NCBI GenBank assembly: GCA_963726455.1
Contig: CAVSCK010000005.1
Span: 576,001 to 640,000 of the forward strand
Direction: 5' to 3'
DNA: 64,000 nt
DNA from: an uncultured bacterium
GTDB lineage: Bacteria > Zixibacteria > MSB-5A5 > CAIYYT01
A program made the position numbers and the translations under genes. Shown here piece after piece: positions 49,628 to 58,941 of the stretch. Positions within the stretch are counted from its first letter, which is position 1, and each line of letters opens with the position of its first letter. The notes below the pieces were generated by a model. It made no database searches and was not told the DNA's origin. It saw only the letters and a list, made by a program, of their open reading frames with translations.

Positions 49628-50356
49628 ATGTTGCATAATACCGTTCTGGCGCAAGTGGGGCTATGGGATTTACTCTCGCAAGCCACGCTTGTTTCCTGGA
49701 TAATATTAATCACGCTGGTCATAATGAGTTTGGGTACCTGGGGTGTGATCTTGAACAAATGGCGGACATTCAAGGCCGCCGAAGCAGACGGCAGGCGGTT
49801 TTTCAATGCCTTTCATCGACGTACCAATTTGAAAGAAGCCCACGACAAATGCCTGATTTACAAACACACGCCGCTCACGAAAGTATTCGAAGAAGGTTAT
49901 CGCGAATTGCAGCTATTGACCAGTATCAAGCAGAACGGCAGCAAGAGCAATGGGGAAGCAAAAGAAGGTGAGCCGATCAGATTGCTGCCGGAAGAGGTCG
50001 AAGCAATCGACAAGATTCTGGAGAAAGAAGCCAGCATGCAAATCGGCAATCTGGAACGGAATGTGGCCTTTCTGGCGACCTGCGCCAATGTCGCGCCGTT
50101 TATCGGACTGCTGGGTACCTGTTATGGAATTATGACGTCGTTTATGAATATCGGCGCGCAGGGTTCGGCGTCGCTGATCGTGGTGGCGCCCGGTATTGCC
50201 GAGGCACTGGTAGCAACAATCGTCGGCCTGGCCGTGGCGATTCCGGCGGTGGTGGCGTTCAATTGGTGTAATACCAAACTGAAATTCATCGCCGATGACC
50301 TGAACAATTTCTCGCTGGAGTTTCTGGCGGTCGTGACAAGAGATCAAGCACAATGA
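49628..50356 (+). CDS. tolQ: TolQ (MotA/TolQ/ExbB family)
   Basis: APFIGLLGT.YGIM, VAPGIAEALVATIVGLAVAIPAV; heads the tol-pal operon. Confidence 0.92.
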   Translation: MLHNTVLAQVGLWDLLSQATLVSWIILITLVIMSLGTWGVILNKWRTFKAAEADGRRFFNAFHRRTNLKEAHDKCLIYKHTPLTKVFEEGYRELQLLTSIKQNGSKSNGEAKEGEPIRLLPEEVEAIDKILEKEASMQIGNLERNVAFLATCANVAPFIGLLGTCYGIMTSFMNIGAQGSASLIVVAPGIAEALVATIVGLAVAIPAVVAFNWCNTKLKFIADDLNNFSLEFLAVVTRDQAQ

Positions 50357-50790
50357 AGCAGTGGCGTCGACAGCGCATCTATTCACGGATGCATGATATC
50401 AACGTGACCAATCTCGTTGACGTGGTGCTGGTCATCCTGATCGTGTTTATGATTTCCGCGCCGTTGATGCAGTCGGGAATTGATGTCAACTTGCCGCAGA
50501 CGAAAGTCGCGGATGCCACAATGTCGGACGGAATCGTGGTCACCATCGATCAGAAGGGATTTCCCTTTATTGACGACCGTCTGGTGAACCTGAACGAATT
50601 CGAAAGCAAAATCAAAGATGCCTACAACATGGCTTCCAACAAGAAAGTGTTTCTGCGGGCCGATGGCGCCGTGCCGTATGAAAAAGTGATAGATATCATG
50701 GGGCGAATCAAGGCGGCCGGAATTTCGGAGGTCGGCCTGGTGACCAAACCACCGGAAGAAGGCAAGAAGCTCAAGATCAAGAAGAACTAG
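50353..50790 (+). CDS. tolR: TolR (ExbD/TolR family)
   Basis: INVTNLVDVVLVILIVFMISAP..GIDVNLP, LRAD..VPY. Confidence 0.92.
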   Translation: MKQWRRQRIYSRMHDINVTNLVDVVLVILIVFMISAPLMQSGIDVNLPQTKVADATMSDGIVVTIDQKGFPFIDDRLVNLNEFESKIKDAYNMASNKKVFLRADGAVPYEKVIDIMGRIKAAGISEVGLVTKPPEEGKKLKIKKN

Positions 50791-50797
50791 CCCGGCG

Positions 50798-51496
50798 GTG
50801 AGGGCGGTTGATTTTGCAGGTCAAGAAAGAGCTCGAGATACAGTGATTACGACAAGAAGAGATCTGGTCATTTCCGTGATCGGGCATTGTGCCTTGCTCC
50901 TGGGTCTGATTGCATTGAATCCGAGCCGGGGCATGTTTCGTGGCACGCCGGATATCATGAATGTCGATCTGTCGCAATTGATGACTCCGGCAGGAGCGGG
51001 CAGGGCGACGACGCAAGAAGTAGCCGTGCCGAAACCGAAAGAAGAAACCATCGCGCCGACGCAGAAACAACAGGTCAAGAAAGAGAAGACCGAGAAAATA
51101 GAGAAAACCAAGCCGACGCAGCAACAGACGAAAGCCGACGGCAAAGGTGGACTGGATGTTTCCACCAAGGTGGGACAGGGCGCCGGTGAAGGCGAAGGGG
51201 AGAACATCGGTGGTTCGAATCTGCCGTACAATCTCGGATTGGTACTATCAATTATAGAACGCTCCTGGCGCAATCCGGTGTCGTCTTCGACGCCGGTCAA
51301 CTGTACGATCTACTGCCAGATCGATCGCGACGGCTTCGTAATCGGCGAACCGACAGTGGAGAAGTCGTCGGGTATCGCCGTGTTCGATCAGTCGGCGATA
51401 TTCGCAATCAAACGCGCCGGACAGTTTCCACCCTTTCCATTGGAATTTGACTATGACTATATTGGCCTGCACTTGGATTTCGAATATGCGCCGTAA
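50798..51496 (+). CDS. TolA/TonB-like energy transducer (start uncertain)
   Basis: SVIGH TM motif, Lys/Glu/Pro-rich linker, C-terminal IERSW..KSSG..FDQSA..A...FPPFP. Confidence 0.8.
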   Translation: MRAVDFAGQERARDTVITTRRDLVISVIGHCALLLGLIALNPSRGMFRGTPDIMNVDLSQLMTPAGAGRATTQEVAVPKPKEETIAPTQKQQVKKEKTEKIEKTKPTQQQTKADGKGGLDVSTKVGQGAGEGEGENIGGSNLPYNLGLVLSIIERSWRNPVSSSTPVNCTIYCQIDRDGFVIGEPTVEKSSGIAVFDQSAIFAIKRAGQFPPFPLEFDYDYIGLHLDFEYAP

Positions 51497-52850
51497 AGAT
51501 TGGTGTACTTTCATTCTGACAAATCTCTTCGCTAAGCCGGTGACAGCCGTTCTGTTGCTGTTTGTTGCGATATCCTGTTTCGGTTCATCGCAAGTCGTGG
51601 CGGAGACGGGCAAGGATATCTACGGCAAGATCGTAACCGGCACATTTCAAGCATACAAGATCGCCATCGGCGATTTCAAGGTCACCGGCGAATGGTCGCT
51701 GGGCGCAGACTCCGTGGCGTCGGCGATCAAGAAAGTGGTGACCGACGATCTTGACTTTCACATTTTCTTCGACACGGTAGCGGTCAATCAGTTCTACATC
51801 GATGTGTGGGAGGTAAAGGAGATCACGCCGGAAATGTGGGGGAGAATGGGAGCGGACTATCTTGTCAGCGGAACAATCGAACTAAGAGGCGACGACATCG
51901 TCGTATCATATCAAATCTCCGAAGTAAAACCGGCGGTCAAAGACTTGAAGGATGAAAAATTCAAGACCAAGAGCGTGAATTATCGCAGGGTGGCCCACAT
52001 GATTGGTGATGCTGCGGTCAAGCAGATTGCCGCGGAGAAACCGTTTTTCACCACAAGAATTGCTTACATCAGCGCTACGACCGGCCACAAGGAAGTATGG
52101 CTGTGTGATTATGACGGCGCCAACCCGATGCGGCTGACCGATGACCGTAGCATTGATCTCTCTCCCTGCTGGGATCGCAATGAAGAAAAGTTGCTGTACA
52201 CCACCTTCAAGAAGGGAAACACGGAAATCTGGGAGCAGGATATTAAGTCTGGTAAAGGGCGGGCGATATCGGCGTACCCGGGAATGAATTCGGCGCCGGC
52301 AATTTCACCTGACAACGGCGAGATTGCGGTGACGCTCTCGAAGGAAGGGACACCTGACCTTTATATATTGAATCGCAAGGGCGAGATCAGACGCCGGTTG
52401 ACGATGATGGTGAGTTCGATTCAGACCGGGGCATCCTGGTCGCCGACTGGGCAGGAGATAGTGTTTACATCCGACCGCACCGGCTCGCCTCAGATCTACC
52501 GAGTGGACAAGGACGGTGTCGGCCTGACGCGATTGACTTACGAGGGCAAGTACAACGATTCACCCGATTACTCTCCGAATGGAGACGCCATTGTTTATGT
52601 CGCTCGCGGCGAGGATGGCGACTTCCAAATTTGCACGATCGACACCAAGGGAGGGCAATTCGTTCAGCTCGATCAGACCGGGTCGAATGAAAATCCGCAC
52701 TGGTCGCCGGATGGATGGCATGTAGTTTTTTGTAAACAAGTTGGCTCCAAATACGATTTGTATATTATGGATCGCTTCAAGAAGAAGCTTAAGAAAATCA
52801 CCACCGATGGGAAATCGTCAAACCCCGCTTGGCAGCCATTCGTCGATTGA
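51447..52850 (+). CDS. tolB: TolB beta-propeller protein (start uncertain)
   Basis: AH.IGD, FFTTRIAY, DYDGAN, repeated WSPxG/SPD, FTSDRTGSPQIY. Confidence 0.92.
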   Translation: MTMTILACTWISNMRRKDWCTFILTNLFAKPVTAVLLLFVAISCFGSSQVVAETGKDIYGKIVTGTFQAYKIAIGDFKVTGEWSLGADSVASAIKKVVTDDLDFHIFFDTVAVNQFYIDVWEVKEITPEMWGRMGADYLVSGTIELRGDDIVVSYQISEVKPAVKDLKDEKFKTKSVNYRRVAHMIGDAAVKQIAAEKPFFTTRIAYISATTGHKEVWLCDYDGANPMRLTDDRSIDLSPCWDRNEEKLLYTTFKKGNTEIWEQDIKSGKGRAISAYPGMNSAPAISPDNGEIAVTLSKEGTPDLYILNRKGEIRRRLTMMVSSIQTGASWSPTGQEIVFTSDRTGSPQIYRVDKDGVGLTRLTYEGKYNDSPDYSPNGDAIVYVARGEDGDFQICTIDTKGGQFVQLDQTGSNENPHWSPDGWHVVFCKQVGSKYDLYIMDRFKKKLKKITTDGKSSNPAWQPFVD

Positions 52851-53050
52851 CGGTCTTACTACGTAGTGCTTGATAGGTAGAGGTTTTGGACAGGGAGAGT
52901 CGAAGGCGAGAGACGCCACGCAAGAACGATTCGTAAGTAATTATCTTTCAGTGCATTAGGTACTACTGGACGCTGGTAATATTTAGCCGACAATATCTAA
53001 TGGGGAATATGGGACGACGTTAGTGGTGTTGAAATCGTGTGCGGAAGTGG

Positions 53051-53079
53051 TTGACAAACGAGTTTAACTGTTGAATAAT
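53051..53079 (+). promoter_or_regulatory. Internal promoter for pal
   Basis: TTGACA-N17-AATAAT in the tolB-pal gap. Confidence 0.55.
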
Positions 53080-53151
53080 AGTCGCCAGAGCCCGAAATTC
53101 GGGCAAACGGCTTGGATCATGTAAGTCATTGATAATCAAGGAGGAAACGGA

Positions 53152-53655
53152 ATGAGGAGCTATCTGACACTGCTTTTGTCGGCAGCGCTCATTGCATTTA
53201 TGGCGGGATGCGCCAAAAAACCGCAGGTAGAAGCACCAACAACAAAGACACCGGTGGGCGAAACCAAACCAACCACGCCACCGGAATCGACTAAGTCAAC
53301 GGAACCGGTTGAAACGGAACCGTCGTCCAGGTTCGCGGCGATTTACTTCGATTTCGACAAGTATAATCTCACGGAAGATGCGCTTGGAGCACTGAAGAAG
53401 AACGTCGAAGTGATGAAGCAGGATCCGAACATCAATATCACGATTGAAGGAAACTGCGACGAACGCGGTACGGTTGAATACAACCTGGCGTTGGGCGAAC
53501 GGCGAGCGAAGTCGGCGCGCGATTACCTGATCAGTTCTGGAATCAAGTCAAACCGAATTTCGATCATCAGCTATGGTAAGGAACGTCCGAAAGCAATGGG
53601 ACATGACGAATCAAGCTGGGGACAGAATCGAAGAGACGATTTCGTCGAAAAATAA
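53152..53655 (+). CDS. pal: Peptidoglycan-associated lipoprotein Pal
   Basis: Lipobox MAGC; IYFDFDK, IEGNCDERGTVEYNLALGERRA, SYGKERP, NRR. Confidence 0.97.
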   Translation: MRSYLTLLLSAALIAFMAGCAKKPQVEAPTTKTPVGETKPTTPPESTKSTEPVETEPSSRFAAIYFDFDKYNLTEDALGALKKNVEVMKQDPNINITIEGNCDERGTVEYNLALGERRAKSARDYLISSGIKSNRISIISYGKERPKAMGHDESSWGQNRRDDFVEK

Positions 53656-53661
53656 CCCAAG

Positions 53662-53690
53662 AAAGGGCGGCCAGTCCGCCCTTTTGTTTT
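53662..53690 (+). terminator. Terminator/attenuator between pal and cpoB
   Basis: AAAGGGCGG-CCAGT-CCGCCCTTT followed by TGTTTT. Confidence 0.7.
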
Positions 53691-53703
53691 GTGGAGTAGT
53701 GAC

Positions 53704-54456
53704 ATGAGATGGATCGGCTTGGCTATATCAGCTATGGGAATCGTTACGATTGCCGGGTGCGCCTCGCGCGGGGAGATCGAAACGATGAAGGCGCAACTTG
53801 AGTACATCGAGCGCTCCACCGTGCAGATGCAGGACCGACTGGTGCAGTTGGACAGCATGTACCGCGAAACGATTGATAAGAATGTGTCGTATCAGGCCGA
53901 CCTTAAGACGGCGTTGTCGACGTTGATCGACAAGAGCTCGTCGATTGACAACCGGCTGAGTGATATGGAAGATCGGTTGAACACTATCGTCAATCGTCCA
54001 TCGCGCGGCGGTCAAACGGGCACGGATCAACCACCTGTTGGCGGTGTGACTCCGAGTGATACCGGCAAGGCGGGTTTGCCCCAGGTTGACCCGAAGAAGT
54101 TGTTCGACAATGCGTACGCGGATATGACTTCGAAAAACTATGATTTTGCGATCATGGAATTCGGCGAATTCGTGGCGCAGTTCAAGGACGACCCGATGGC
54201 GGGTGATGCGCAATTCTGGCTGGGTGAATGTTATTACGGAAAGCGGGAGTATGCGAAGGCAGCGGCCGAATTCGACAAGGTCGTGAAGAACTATCCCAAG
54301 AGCGACAAGATGGTGACGGCTGTGTTTAAGGCGGGCAGGTCGTACGAAGAACTTGGCGACAAGAAGAAAGCCAGAGCGAGCTTCCAACGAATCGTGACGG
54401 AGTTCCCGAAGTCTATCGAAGCGAATATGGCGCAGGAGCGACTGAAGGGACTGTAA
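53704..54456 (+). CDS. cpoB: Tol-Pal system protein CpoB/YbgF
   Basis: Lipobox IAGC, coiled coil, TPRs (AQFWLGECYY, YPKSDK); follows pal. Confidence 0.9.
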   Translation: MRWIGLAISAMGIVTIAGCASRGEIETMKAQLEYIERSTVQMQDRLVQLDSMYRETIDKNVSYQADLKTALSTLIDKSSSIDNRLSDMEDRLNTIVNRPSRGGQTGTDQPPVGGVTPSDTGKAGLPQVDPKKLFDNAYADMTSKNYDFAIMEFGEFVAQFKDDPMAGDAQFWLGECYYGKREYAKAAAEFDKVVKNYPKSDKMVTAVFKAGRSYEELGDKKKARASFQRIVTEFPKSIEANMAQERLKGL

Positions 54457-54954
54457 TGCCGCCGATTCTGTTGAAAATCTCCGAACTGGCGCGGTCTTAT
54501 CCCTGCCGGGCGTTCTACGATTCCGGCGGTGATTCGTTGTCGGTCGGAGTCAAGCAGAAAGGGAAATTCGGGGCGTGTGTAGAAGGCGACGGGTTTTCGT
54601 TTGATCTGACCAAAGACGGCAAGCTTCTGAATATCGATGTGTGGAAACCGCGCCAGGAATGGACGGTCGGAGAAAGCGATTCATCCGCCGGATGATTTCG
54701 ACAAGGAAGATGTGACGTTTGTCGGCGCGCGCCTGAAAGCCGAGCCGGCATCGTTCAGCACCAACGACCAGAAGACGCTTCTGTATATCCGTTTCGCAAC
54801 CGAGCGAGTCGCCCGCTTTGTCTCGCCGGCCAATGCATTGATTTTCGAACTCAACGCCAAGCGCCAATTGATCGGGTTGTGGATCTTGCAGATCGAGGAC
54901 GACAACAACTTCGTCAAAGAAGCGGAATGGCGCCGTTCGGTGAAGGCGGTGTGA
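54456..54954 (+). CDS. Hypothetical protein with two DUF2283-like repeats, frameshifted near 54670
   Basis: YDSGGDSLSV...FDLTKDGKLLNIDV and LLYIRF...FELNAKRQLIGLWI in consecutive frames. Confidence 0.55.
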
Positions 54955-55101
54955 GGGGGTTAGTGATCTCCTCTTCTGCTACCGTACCATTTGGATTTCC
55001 CCTCATTTTCTAGTTGCAGACATTTCTTGACCTCAGTATCGTTCCGATAGAGCAGGACATGGAATGTGAAATGATTATCTGATATTTTGGAGGGTTTTGT
55101 A

Positions 55102-55890
55102 ATGAAGAAGATTACCGGGTTCTTGCTGGTGCTGCTGGCGGCGGCGTTGATCGGCGGCTGCATTGACTACACAGAAATACTGGAGCTGAACGCCGACGGT
55201 TCCGGAACCATGTCGATGCAAGTCGTCGTGCACAAGAAGTTTTTCGACGCTTTCGATCAAATGATGGGTAGCGTACCTGACACGAGTGTCAAGAGCGACA
55301 GCAACGACTACGGCATGTTCAAGCGCGAAGACATCGAAAAGCAAATCGCCGACAGCAAACTGAAGATCAAGCTGGTCGATTTCACGCAGCAAAACACCGA
55401 CTCGACGCTGATCAGCAACGTCAAGTTCTCATTTACCGACTTCAGTGACATGATGAAGATGAGCCAGCAAATGGGTAAAGCGGAAGTGCCGGAGGAGGAG
55501 TCGCCCAAAAAGAAGGTGACGTTCCTGAAGAGCACCGACGGCCTCTGGAACTACGCTCGCGATTTCCAGGACTCGTCAATGAATATGATGATGGAAGGCC
55601 TGTCGGACACCTCGGCATTGTCGGCACAGAACCCAACGGCGGAAGGTGACTCGACTACCGATTCACTCGCGCAGGGATTCGGAAATGCGATGGCGGAAAT
55701 GTCCAAGACTATGGCGAAGATGATGGTCTCGGCCTTTTCCGATTGCCATATGCGGATGGCGGTTAAATTTCCGGGCAAGATTGTCAAGACCAACGCGACC
55801 AAAGTCGAGGGCAACACCGCAATCTGGGAATATAAATTGAACGAAATTCCCAAGGCGCCCAAGCAACTGGAAGCATCGGTTCAGATGTAA
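55102..55890 (+). CDS. Hypothetical lipoprotein (LppM-like)
   Basis: Lipobox IGGC, LNADGSG, VKFPGKIVKTNA..EGNTAIW. Confidence 0.75.
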   Translation: MKKITGFLLVLLAAALIGGCIDYTEILELNADGSGTMSMQVVVHKKFFDAFDQMMGSVPDTSVKSDSNDYGMFKREDIEKQIADSKLKIKLVDFTQQNTDSTLISNVKFSFTDFSDMMKMSQQMGKAEVPEEESPKKKVTFLKSTDGLWNYARDFQDSSMNMMMEGLSDTSALSAQNPTAEGDSTTDSLAQGFGNAMAEMSKTMAKMMVSAFSDCHMRMAVKFPGKIVKTNATKVEGNTAIWEYKLNEIPKAPKQLEASVQM

Positions 55891-55944
55891 CCTGGGGCAC
55901 GGACGCCGAGGTTTCGATTCGGCGCGGGTTCCGGAGTCAGTTCG

Positions 55945-56277
55945 ATGAAGATTGCACACGTGCCATATACCAGCATTGACTGGTCCAAGGTTCCCGTCAC
56001 CGAGCACAAGGGTGAATCAGGTGTTGCCTACTGGCGCACGGTGGAAATCGGAAATCTGCGAGTGCGAATGGTGGAATACTCGCCCGGCTACATGGCAGAC
56101 CACTGGTGTGCGCGCGGCCACGTGATATTGGTGCTCGAAGGTCAAATGGTCAACGAATTGAAGGACGGTCGCAAGACGGTGCTGAAGGCGGGTATGGGAT
56201 ATTGTGTCGAGGATGACGAGAACAACCCGCATCGCACATATTCGCAGAACGGTGTGAAGCTGTTTATCGTGGATTAA
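55945..56277 (+). CDS. DHCW-motif cupin fold protein
   Basis: EHKGESG.AYWRT, RMVEYSPGYMADHWC.RGH, LFIVD. Confidence 0.9.
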   Translation: MKIAHVPYTSIDWSKVPVTEHKGESGVAYWRTVEIGNLRVRMVEYSPGYMADHWCARGHVILVLEGQMVNELKDGRKTVLKAGMGYCVEDDENNPHRTYSQNGVKLFIVD

Positions 56278-56284
56278 CTGAATT

Positions 56285-56307
56285 GTAGGAGCGACTTCAG
56301 TCGCGAC
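56285..56307. repeat. Solo GTAG-type REP between convergent genes
   Basis: GTAG-GA-GCGAC-TTCA-GTCGC-GAC. Confidence 0.6.
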
Positions 56308-56316
56308 CCGGTTCGC

Positions 56317-58062
56317 TTATCTGGTCGCTCGCGCCGAGTCCATCTGCGCCATCTTTTGATAATCATTGAGATGCCAGCGGTCGCGAAAGTCGAGGTTGGC
56401 ATCTGACTTGCCAAAACGCATCTGTGATATTAACTCCAATGGCGGTCTAAAGTTCTCACCCGTACGGACAATTCGGAACAACTGACCCGATACGCGCAGC
56501 TCGCCGGTTCCCGAATTGTACGGCATCGCGTGCGATGTATTCCGCAGACAAATCATAGTACACCGGACGAGGAGCGTAAGTCGTGAGTCTGTGCAGAATG
56601 GCACGATAGGCGGATTCGATTGCCCGCGGGTCGTATTGCTTCCTTTCGCTCGAATTGGCGGACATGCGGCAGAAACGCGTCGATCTCGGGTTTGACGTAG
56701 TCGTAGAGCGCGGCGTCGGCATGTCGAATCCAATCGAAGTACCAGGAACGGCGCACCAGTTCGGGGTCGATGACGATGATATCAGGGCGTTCTTTCAAAT
56801 AGAAATGTGAATAGAGCCAGGGACTGGTGTAGTCCCAGTCGGCACAGAGAATGAGCGCGTTGGGTTCAGCGGATTTGTAGTAGTTGTGCACGCCATCCAG
56901 CGCAGCTGTGTCATGCGTTTCGTTATTGGTTCCCCAGTTTGCGACGACACCCCAGATCACCAACACGCCGATAATCGCCGGCAGCCAACGCCGAAGTATT
57001 GGCAAGGCGGATATCAAGCATAATGCCCCCATCGCACCGAATAGAAACAGGACGATCACGGACGGCAGGAGGTAGTTGTCGATATCGGGGATGGAGAAGT
57101 TGAGAGAGTAGAGCAAGTTGGCCAGCAACAGCAACAGAAGATAGAGCGCGATTACAAGACGAGTCCTGATGCCGCGATAAAGTCCGACGACGATCAGCAG
57201 CCAGAATGGGAACGGAAATTGTTCGAAGATGATGCCCGCGAATTTGACAAGCTGGTTGCCTAATTCGGCTATCGGGCGGTTGAACATCCAGACCTGGTAC
57301 TGCCAGCCGGACACGTGGCGGACGAAGTTTTCCCAGGTTGTCGGGTGTCCCCAGTTGAAAATCGGGATCCAGTGATGACCGAATCGGAAGAAATAAATAG
57401 ATCGATGCCGCCAGGAATCCCGCTACTATTGCGGTCGCAATCACTTTCGATGACTGAAAAGCAGCGCGCCGGTTGACTATCAGATATGAAATGATAGTCG
57501 GAACGAGCAAGATGGTCGACATGTGGTTGCCAAACGACAGCCCGAAAATGTAGCCGCCGATAATCAGGTTGCGATCGGAGTAGGGCTGGAGGATGATCAA
57601 CAACAGCAGTGACAGGAACAGCAGGTGCAGACTGTAGACTTCATTGGTGACGCCTTGCGACCAGAGCAGTGGCGAGACCGCTAGTAGCAATCCGAGAGAG
57701 ATGGGCAGGACAAGTCGCTGCCAGAGCGCGAGAGAATCAGAGTCGGCAATTCGCGACTCGACACGATTCCTTTGGAAGCAGATATATGATCGCCGTGACA
57801 AACGTGATCGCCGCGGTCGTGCAGAGTGCTCCCAGCAGAATCTGTGTTTTGATCAATTCGACCGGCAGCAGCGAGAACAGCCGTCCAATCAGGGTGTAAA
57901 GCGGATATCCGGTCGGGTGTGCGATGCCGAGTGTCCAGCAGACTACGGACGAGCTCGCCGGAATCGATATAGGCGATAGTCGGGTAGGAAGTCAGCCAAT
58001 ACAAGAACAGGGCAGGGAGAGTAACTCCCAGCCCTGCGAAAAATATCTCTGAATTACCAATT
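56317..58062 (-). CDS. DUF2723/TMEM260-like GT-C glycosyltransferase membrane protein, multiply frameshifted (boundaries approximate)
   Basis: DSGEL...GIAHPTGYPLY, WSQ...EVY, FGNH, YLFLPIRS..P.FNWG, DIDNYLLP pieces across ORFs 57681-58109, 56923-57801 and 56553-57314. Confidence 0.8.
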
Positions 58063-58488
58063 CTAGAACGGAAGGTCGTCATCTTCCTCGGCCATAGGAG
58101 GTGCCGCATCGGCTTCAGGTGGAGGAGGAGCTTCGCTCTCGGCTGCCGCCTCGCCGCCGCGTCTGCCCAAAAACTGCAGCCGCTGGCCGACGATTTCGGT
58201 GATGTATTTCTTGACGCCGTTGTCGTCCCAGGAGCGGGTTTGAATGCGGCCTTCGATGTAGACCGGCGAACCCTTGGTGAGATACTGTTTTGCGGTCTCC
58301 GCCTGTTTGCCCCAAAGAACGATGTTGTGCCAGTTGGTCGATTCCTTCATCTCGTTGGTCTGCTTGTCGCGCCATTTTTCAGTGGTGGCAATCGAGAAGG
58401 TACAGACTGCGGCGCCGGAGGGAGTGTAGCGCAATTCCGGATCGCGGCCGAGGTTTCCTATGAGAATGGCTTTGTTAACTGATGCCAT
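58063..58488 (-). CDS. ssb: Single-stranded DNA-binding protein
   Basis: [37 protein letters not shown]-terminal DDDLPF. Confidence 0.98.
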   Translation of the reverse strand: MASVNKAILIGNLGRDPELRYTPSGAAVCTFSIATTEKWRDKQTNEMKESTNWHNIVLWGKQAETAKQYLTKGSPVYIEGRIQTRSWDDNGVKKYITEIVGQRLQFLGRRGGEAAAESEAPPPPEADAAPPMAEEDDDLPF

Positions 58489-58522
58489 AACAACCGTTAC
58501 TCCTTTTCTTAGTACGACGGCG

Positions 58523-58551
58523 AATATAGGAAGTAGCACGGGGGGTGTCAA
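58523..58551 (-). promoter_or_regulatory. Sigma70-type promoter of ssb
   Basis: Minus strand TTGACA-N17-TATATT. Confidence 0.7.
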
Positions 58552-58941
58552 TCGCAATTGTGCCGGAAGAGCCAAGCTGATGTAATACTATGGCTTCCGG
58601 AGGACCTTGCGCAACCACGAAAATTGCTTGACTTCCGAAGCGATATTTGGTACATTTTTTCCGGTCATACCACGTTAAGTAATGCCTGTATAAGGCCAAT
58701 ATTGGGCGGGCTCCTGCGATGTGTTCTCGAAAAGGTTGGTGCATTCGGTTCTGTGTTTATACTCCGTTACTGTTGATCTATGCGTTCGCGAGCAAACAAG
58801 CGCTCGACCTTATCACCCTCATTTCCCGATTCCAAGGCCTTGCCGGCAAAGTTCTCTCCAACCCATTTCTACTGACGGGATCTGGCTTCCGTTACGCTTT
58901 ACAGGAGTCACCCGCAACCCTGGATCAACAGTGAGCTAATT

